A stretch of DNA of 63,592 nt, the filler included, from Licmophora abbreviata (lineage: Eukaryota), in assembly GCA_900291995.1 (NCBI GenBank). It is 10 parts of 10 records of this genome, joined end to end, with 100 filler letters (N's around TTAATTAATTAA, not from the genome) between each part and the next. Parts side by side here need not be neighbours in the genome. Positions count along the whole stretch, not along the records: positions 50,219 to 57,177 come from OLMU01003079.1; positions 57,278 to 59,217 come from OLMU01003081.1; positions 59,318 to 62,143 come from OLMU01003082.1; positions 62,244 to 63,592 come from OLMU01003093.1; 6 more parts are not named here. One strand, written 5' to 3'. Shown piece after piece: positions 56,402 to 63,592 of the stretch (position 1 is its first letter; each line of letters starts with the position of its first letter). A model generated the notes under the pieces. That model did not search any database and was not told the origin of the DNA. It saw nothing but the letters and a program-made list of their open reading frames with translations. The translations under genes were made by a program, and so were the position numbers.

Positions 56402-57177
56402 TCACTCCCCATTCGACGCCACATCAAAGGTATTTGGGTGCGCCTCCTCGAACGCACTTTTCGCTTTTTCCAAACGGTTCATCATTCCAAAGAAATCAAA
56501 CTTGAGCACTCCTTCCCCTCGATTGGGGCATTTGGACTCTTCCGGGTAGAACTGATCGTGATCGACAGGTCCGTTGAAGAACGTAGGAATGTCGTCCTCG
56601 CCATTCTCCAACAAGTCAACAAGCTTGGCCTTCATACGCTCCACATCCAAGAGACACACTTTTGAGGCCAGTCGTCCTGGCATCAAGGGAAGAAGCAAGT
56701 TCATGACGAACTGCACAATGGAGGAAATGGGAGCAGACACCAAGAGGTTGAGCCGATCGGGATATCCCCTCACCAAGGCCTTGAGCATCTTGATCATAAA
56801 AGTAGGGTTCGGAGGGGGAGGCGACGTCGAGTCGGAGATGCAGACAAAGTCAGTGACACCTTGTGGCATGCATCGGATTCCAGAGTCAGCGAGAAGAATA
56901 AGTCCATTGACTTCGGCGTCCACGTCCGGGTACCAAGGTTTGCGATTGGTCCTGATCCAGAGAATGGGACGGCCGTCCTTGGTAAAGCCATGCCAGTAGA
57001 GCGATCCATTGTTGAGGCACGACACCATAGCCTTGGCCTTGGTATACTTCTCAGGATTCTCGACAGCTTCTGGCGCATCCTGCGGTCCATTGGCAAGCAC
57101 GACAAGGTCCTCCATCTCGGGTGCACCGGCCTCTGCCCTCCACTCCATGACGTGCGTCAACTTCTCCATGGAGTACT
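56402..57177 (-). CDS. CRAL-TRIO (Sec14-like) lipid-binding protein (5'-partial at spacer)
   Basis: VMEWR, LYWHGFTKDGRPILW, LVRGYPDRL..VSAP, LASKV, IPTFFNG. Confidence 0.85.
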
Positions 57178-57277
57178 NNNNNNNNNNNNNNNNNNNNNNN
57201 NNNNNNNNNNNNNNNNNNNNNTTAATTAATTAANNNNNNNNNNNNNNNNNNNNNNNNNNNNNNNNNNNNNNNNNNNN
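57178..57277. other. Artificial scaffold spacer
   Basis: N44-TTAATTAATTAA-N44. Confidence 0.97.
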
Positions 57278-58465
57278 GACTCTCTCCACACTACTACAAG
57301 TACAGGGTTGAATCTGGTCTCTGTGAGCAACAGGATCAACGTTTTCTTTGTCATCGACAATACAATCGCTGACAATTGAACGCTCCGAAGCCGTCGCATT
57401 GCTGTGGGGCGGGAGTGTCGAGACGTAAGAAAAGTCATCCGGTTCATCTTGCATCGTCGCTGCATCGCCATTCGTGTCCAAGACTAGCTGTTCCTTCTGT
57501 TCCGACGGTTGATTCTGCAAACGCTGTAACCAATTCAGCTGTTCGGCTGACACATATGCCACTTCGAGCACACAAGAGCTTGGTGCGGGTGTCGTCGGCA
57601 AACGAGCATCGATCACATTGGCCTCCGTGGCATCGCTCGTCTTCTCCGCACTTGGTCCTGCAAGCCGATCTCCGGTGCCGGCTCATGCGATACAATGTCG
57701 GTCGCATCGTTCGCAGTATTAGATGGGTTCACACGCGTCCCTTCGTCAGACAAGTTTCGCACAATATCCCCTCTTGCTTGTTCAGCTGCTACGCCGGTTG
57801 TGCCTTCTTCCACGTCAAACGATACCGACGAGGAGCCTCCATTGCTCATTTCTTTCAATCCGCACCATATCTCCCAAAACGATAGTCCAACCCGCGGTCG
57901 TATTCAAAGCAGCACACTCGTCGTTGTCCCGTTTGGCTCTTTGTACAAGTGTCGGTTCTTCTTTTCCGTCATCACTATCTTCGTCGGAGTCAATGAAAAT
58001 ACACGTCGACTTGGAACATGTAATCATGGTCGACGGGCGGCATTCCTGAACACATCGACGTGTCGAAGAAGGCGTTGCCGCTGCGGCAAAGCATAGCCGG
58101 CGGGGCTGAATAGGTGTCGACATACTAGGGATCGCCGACACCGCATTATTCGACAGAGGTAGAATGTCATCCACCAGACCATTGTTTCCCAACACAGAAG
58201 GGTCCATGATTTGTGGTTTCAAGATCGGAGGTGAGACGATGCCATCCTCTGTCGTGCTGTCGCTGGATATGTCTTCACTGAATTGAGGCGACCGAGCCAC
58301 GACGGCTGCGAGAGACGAAGGTCGACGGCGGACTAGAGCAGGAGGAGGAGAAAATGGATCACTTGACTCGGGTGAAGGCTCGACTTGAATTTCCTCTCGA
58401 TGGTGATGATGATGATACTCGTGCATGACGTGACCGGCGCCATCCTTGTCGTTCGTCACAGACAA
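57278..58465 (-). pseudogene. Low-complexity hypothetical gene broken by two frameshifts (pseudogene or sequence error), 3'-partial
   Basis: ORFs 58465-57815, 57858-57613 and 57616-gap abut in successive frames and share acidic/Ser/Pro composition; frame switches near 57900 and 57670 lack splice signals. Confidence 0.45.
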
Positions 58466-58963
58466 GTCTTCTTCGTAGCCAGACAGACGAAAATGCAGTA
58501 ATGTCGTAATGTCGTCATGCGGCGAAGCATCACGAGCGAGACTACAGTAATCATGACAAGAGCCAGCAGACCACTCTTTGTCGCTATGGAATGCCGATCC
58601 GTGCTGGCTGCATCCGTTGGAAGATTGAATTTATCTTGAGTCGATCGAAAATTGCACATCGAAGTTCCGGTCAGATCCACTGTGACGAGAGGATTTCTCC
58701 CACGACCAACGGGAATATTCGCCAGTCTTCGTGTGACAATACGGGGCGAGAAAGAAGGAGCAGTGGTTGGTATAGAACTAGTAGCAGCATCCATGCCCAC
58801 GGAATGCTCAATCAATGCGACGACGAGTGTACGCGTAGTATCGGCCTGTTGTCATTGTACACCGCGACAAACGGAACGACGAGATATACCGTAGGGAGTA
58901 GCACATAGCCTGCCCATGGTAGATGGAAGAGCCAACATCAGCCCAGCGTACTATAGTCGGATA

Positions 58964-58984
58964 GAGTCGAGTCGAGTCGAGTCG
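58964..58984. repeat. (GAGTC)4 tandem repeat
   Basis: gagtcgagtcgagtcgagtcg read directly. Confidence 0.85.
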
Positions 58985-59050
58985 TTCGTACGAAGTGGTT
59001 CCGATAGGTTGACAGTCGTATACTCCGAGTAGTACGGCGGACCGGGACGC

Positions 59051-59084
59051 TATCAATATCAATATCAATATTCAATATTCAATA
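59051..59084. repeat. (TCAATA/TTCAATA)n tandem repeat
   Basis: tatcaatatcaatatcaatattcaatattcaata read directly. Confidence 0.85.
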
Positions 59085-59217
59085 GTCACCGCGGCCACTT
59101 CCAAGACCGACACAGATTCACGAGCTCGCAGAGCGACAAAATTTTAAATGTATTCGAAATGGCGTCGGTTTCCAAAACCTATCCATCTCTGCACTCTTCA
59201 CACAAAACGCCATCACC

Positions 59218-59317
59218 NNNNNNNNNNNNNNNNNNNNNNNNNNNNNNNNNNNNNNNNNNNNTTAATTAATTAANNNNNNNNNNNNNNNNNNNNNNNNNNN
59301 NNNNNNNNNNNNNNNNN
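59218..59317. other. Artificial scaffold spacer
   Basis: N44-TTAATTAATTAA-N44. Confidence 0.97.
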
Positions 59318-60578
59318 CATGATTGTTTCTCGTTTTTCAGACAAAGCGTCTCCCCCAGTAGGACGTAGGGCTCTCTTGTTCATGTCTTCCATCAGAGGAA
59401 AGCACAAAAGCATTCAATGGTTCAATCAAACCGCTTTTCTTCACAAAACCGATGAGTTAACTCATCGCCTGCGATCTGCGATTGTGGCTGATTTTCCAGT
59501 ACAAAAAAATGTCTTATCAGATATCTTAATCGCTAGCAAATTTGAGCAAATGCTAGTGAAAAATACGTATTTCAAACGTACACACCTTTGCTGCGTCCCG
59601 CGCCCACCATGACGCGCAGCAACAGTCGGGAAACACTGACGGTCACGGCTCGCGGTCCTTCGAGTTCACTTGAATCACAATGGTGGCCGCCGCTTGTTGC
59701 CTTGTCACCGCCTTTTTCTCGTACTCTCTGTCTTAACTGACGACTCAAAGTATGTTCCGGAAGCACAAAGTGAGGAAACCGAAACGAAGACCGACCAAAG
59801 CGATCGGAGATCGTTCTCAAACCGGTCGCTCTTCAGTTCAATGCATTGTCTACACTGCGGTTGAGGTTCCAGGGGTGACTATCGAAGGAGGCTATCGTAG
59901 AATCGTATTGCGGCGAGTTGGAAAGTATCGAAAAGACCGATCGGATCGTGATACGCACTGGTCCGCTTGTCTGTCACTTCGATGTTCTCGCTCACTGCGG
60001 ATCATAGTCGACCTGGCACTCCAGACGGCATTCTCGACGCGAGGCCTTGGCCTCGAATAACATTCTCGTCAACATGTAATCGAAGCTGACAGTACCGACA
60101 ACGGAATCAAACCAACACACTGGTCTCGACATGACACCCGAGCCGGCAATGGAAGCGGCTGACTGATTCCACTGTTGACACCAGTAGACTACCGGTACAC
60201 CATCACCCAATCCAAACAATCCGAGATACCCTACCGGAAAGCAATATAGAAGCAAAGGGTTCCATTATATATGTTACACTTGAGGAGTGGTTGTCAGAAA
60301 GAGTTGAGCTGTGCACTCACGCATTAAACCCGAGCAAGAAAACCCGTTGACGTTTAGAGTCCCATGTGGTATCATCCATCGAGTGCTTCTTCCTCTTCTT
60401 GCTGTCGAGGTACGAGTCTTCATATCAAATATTGAATGACAGTGTGGGTACGTGCCGTGCCCCGCACGACGCAATCCTCACACCGAGACGTACCGCAGCT
60501 TGTCGCCGCGAAAGCGCACTAACGTGCCGGGGTGACGGATGCAGACTGCACCACCGCCGTACAAGCTCGCCTTCAAGA

Positions 60579-62143
60579 CTAGCTAGAGCTCTCGGCGAAC
60601 CCAAGAATAGCGTAGTCTTTCCATGTCAGGATTCTATCCTTCGACGTGTTTGTAGACTCGTCTTTACTTTCCAGACCCATGGCCGCTTTAGGATCCATCA
60701 AGACATTAATCACTCGGAATGGAAGCTCGGCCGTCCCTCCACGTAGCGTTCCTGCCAGCTTGACGATCCTTCGCCGTCGGACCCATAGGAAGTTGAGATA
60801 AAGGCGCGCACACAGCAAGCGTTTGATCACGACCAAAGGCACTGGTCGGTCATGCGAAGGCAGAAACGAAAACTCCCAGACAGACATCAGTCCGTCCATC
60901 GCGATAAGCATTCCCACGTACAATTCCAGTGTCAACGACATGCGAGAGGTCAATTTGGCAAGCATCGCCTGTCTGGTTTCAGAATCTGTGCCTCTCCACG
61001 TTTTTGGTGTCACCAAGACACTCATGCCCGCATTGACGAAGGACGTGCTCACTTGCAGTAGCCGCGGTACAACTTCTTGTCCGGCGCTTGTGCTTAGTAG
61101 CACGAGAATGTCCGAACACACAAACGCCGTCGACACTGCTTCCCGGAGTAATACGGGCCCGACCAGAGCTAGCGGCGCCAGTCCTCCAGTCAGCGGGGAG
61201 GTGTACCACCATGGTATCGACGTAGCCACCTTTGGCCCCCCACTTGGCAACCACAGCAATACCAGCGCCGCATAGAAGACATACTGCGACACTGGATCCT
61301 TTGCTAGTTTCTCTACCCACTTCCGGGCCTGCCGCAATCCGACTTCAGGTATCGCCGTCGCAGCAATAGATGTTGCCGCCAATAGACCACTCATGTGCTT
61401 TGTCATGGCAAATAGCATGGCGCGTTTGATCAACGTGAGACGCAAGTCGGACTTGCTCGAAGGCGTCATAACAGTGCCGGTTGCACACAGAAAAGCCAAG
61501 AGACTGCAGACGCACTGTACGGCATGAGCTCCCCCGTGAGATTTCAGAAAGTAGTTCGCTAGAACTGACGTTGGTGCAGCTTCAACGCCACCTCCATCCT
61601 GTTCGGGCGACAACAGGAGCTCGCTTTCCCTCGCGTCGGAGCTTCCCATCGCATATCCGACGCTCGATACTGAGGAATCGATCTTCTGCAAAAGTGGATT
61701 TTCTGAGTCCGCCTTCAACACGTCGGCTCGGTCTCTAAGGGCGTGTGGCAGACGAGGGATAAGAGGATGAGACGGGGTAGATATGACTCGACGATATCAA
61801 TTCGGGCAGTTCACACGTACCTAATGGCATCACCGAGAGACTTGGCGGCATCCTTTTCTCGCATGGCTTCTTGAATGACCTTCTTGTCCGAACGAATCCT
61901 TTTCTCTGAACCTGAGCTTTTCTTTTTCTTCTTCTTTTTCTTCTTGGATGCGAATGGCTTGGAAGCTTGAGAAGTTTCTCCGCCCCGGGGGATCATAACG
62001 GCATCTGCACGGCGATTTTGAAACGGGGCCATGTCGCGCGGCGGTGTACTGGAAAGGATCGAGCTGATACGCATGCTTTGCGACGCCTCCACGGTACCGG
62101 TACAGGCGATCCATAGCGCCAGCGTTGAAACTGTCACAATATC
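60579..62143 (-). CDS. Signal-peptide multi-pass membrane protein, possibly TMEM33/Pom33-like (2 exons, 5'-partial)
   Basis: Exon 1 to 61821 (signal peptide, IPRGG, poly-Lys); intron 61820-61735 (GTACGT..TAG); exon 2 61734-60579 with several TM helices. KDPVSQYVFYAAL and LYLNFLWVR recall TMEM33. Confidence 0.75.
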
Positions 62144-62243
62144 NNNNNNNNNNNNNNNNNNNNNNNNNNNNNNNNNNNNNNNNNNNNTTAATTAATTAAN
62201 NNNNNNNNNNNNNNNNNNNNNNNNNNNNNNNNNNNNNNNNNNN
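62144..62243. other. Artificial scaffold spacer
   Basis: N44-TTAATTAATTAA-N44. Confidence 0.97.
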
Positions 62244-62457
62244 GAATCTTCAACCATGATTAGTCGAGTGAGTCGAATCATCTTCTCCAATGTCGGGTGA
62301 TGGACATACGCTCCCAACAAAACTCTCCATAAATAATTTGGTCTTATTCGGAATTAGATCCATCGGTCATTTGTCATGTCAGACGAGAGAGAGAAGATAT
62401 AAATCCTGCGATTGGGCCCAATGAAAACCGAAAGCCCCCCCACTCCACTTTCGCGCC

Positions 62458-63159
62458 ATGAGAAGCAAACTCGAAGAGGTGGAACGACGCATACAGGCAA
62501 CTCGAGGGAAGCTCGAGTCTGTCCGTAAGAAACGAGAGCATGAGCACCAAAACCACGAAGAAATGAAAGAACGCTTCGCCTTTCACAAAGCCGACTTGTC
62601 GCGAGATCTAGCGAATGCACACCAAGAGACGAGTCTTTACGAGTATGCTGATGCCATGACGGAAGCGAGAGGAGAAGGCATGGTCGAATCGTCGTATATC
62701 GTTGCCATGGAGGCGCAACTGTGTCGCGCAGTCCATCTCATGGGTGCGCTTAATAAACAGTTGCACATTGTCAAGACGGCTAACGAGTCCACAGCCCGAG
62801 AGATGGAACACGATCTCGCCAAAGAAACGGAAGAAAAGAGTCTCGTGGAGCTCCGCATGATGAATGCATTGGTCCAAGCTGATACAGAAAAGCGTTCCAT
62901 GCATGAGTTTTACGAGAAGGAGCTGGCCGAGCAGCAAAGAGTCTTGGCGACGCTGCGACCAGGCACGTACGAAGGCGGGTTCGCAAAGAGCAGCAAGACC
63001 AGTTTCAATAGTTATGTGCAAGAGATAGAAGCTAAATTATGGGACACAGCGGGAGAAAAGGCTTCTAGCAAGCCCAAGGGGACCCTCGAGGCGGAGAAGG
63101 TGACCTTGGCGTCAGCAACCGAAATGAAACTCGACAACACGGCCGCAACTACCGCATGA
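62458..63159 (+). CDS. Coiled-coil hypothetical protein (233 aa)
   Basis: gccATG start; E/K/R/L-rich heptad pattern; YIVAMEAQLCRAVHLM. Confidence 0.75.
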   Translation: MRSKLEEVERRIQATRGKLESVRKKREHEHQNHEEMKERFAFHKADLSRDLANAHQETSLYEYADAMTEARGEGMVESSYIVAMEAQLCRAVHLMGALNKQLHIVKTANESTAREMEHDLAKETEEKSLVELRMMNALVQADTEKRSMHEFYEKELAEQQRVLATLRPGTYEGGFAKSSKTSFNSYVQEIEAKLWDTAGEKASSKPKGTLEAEKVTLASATEMKLDNTAATTA

Positions 63160-63592
63160 CAATGACACTCCACGCGCAGAGGAACATGTGCGTGGGGTCG
63201 AGGGGAAAACGCGTGACTTGATTGAAGCGATGAATTGGAGAGATCGATAGGACTAGAAGAAACCCACACTGTAATTTGTTGGATGGGCGTTCTCTAGAGC
63301 GAATGATGGTTGTCGCCGCAAGCGACACTCACCATGCGGTGCTGACATCGTTATTGGTACGTGACAGCGAAAATCGTTTGCCGATGATAGACAAACTAAA
63401 GATATTAACTGCGCACGAATTCTAGTGAATATACGTATTAATTGAGAATGATGCTGGCCTCCGCTGACACGTGTACCGTCACGGTGGATGTGCGAATGCC
63501 AGGTCTCAACACTCTGCAACAAGACGGTGACACATCAAACACCGAGACAAGGATCGCTCTTAGACCTACTTCAATTGTCATAGCCTTGCGCA

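Noticed and set aside
59318..60578. Gene, ncRNA or transposon in this 1.3-kb stretch
   Set aside because: Only short ORFs without motifs; no terminal repeats or RNA gene signature found by eye.

Overview
Gene-dense eukaryotic nuclear DNA, most likely from a diatom. This is inferred from short GT-AG introns with CTAAC-type branch points, bipartite signal+Phe plastid presequences, an RRL-motif SAP-like protein, and expanded FG-GAP-like and sulfotransferase-like families. The window joins ten sequence segments with nine artificial 100-bp spacers (N44-TTAATTAATTAA-N44), so linkage across spacers is not guaranteed. About 36 protein-coding genes are supported. Recognisable ones: ACLY (6 exons), RPN11, UBE2V/MMS2, CTNNBL1, FAN1, NSRP1, GUCD1, an IPC/sphingomyelin synthase, a TLC-domain protein, a plastid-type MoeB/ThiF-rhodanese, a PhyH dioxygenase, a class-3 lipase, DnaJ, CRAL-TRIO and ankyrin proteins. 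Most interesting: (1) an LSM10-like gene and a stand-alone 115-aa protein matching the FLASH/CASP8AP2 N-terminal domain, suggesting U7-snRNP-type histone mRNA 3' processing; (2) the LSM10-like stop overlapping the next same-strand start codon (ATGA), a candidate bicistronic locus; (3) four type II membrane sulfotransferase-fold paralogs with degenerate PAPS-binding loops, three with very long disordered N-termini, one head-to-head with a SAP-like silicalemma candidate; (4) an inverted non-coding repeat flanking one of two tandem beta-propeller paralogs. Several single-base frameshifts probably reflect assembly errors. No rRNA, tRNA, CRISPR array or autonomous transposon was found. All family calls are by motif recognition by eye; no database search was run.
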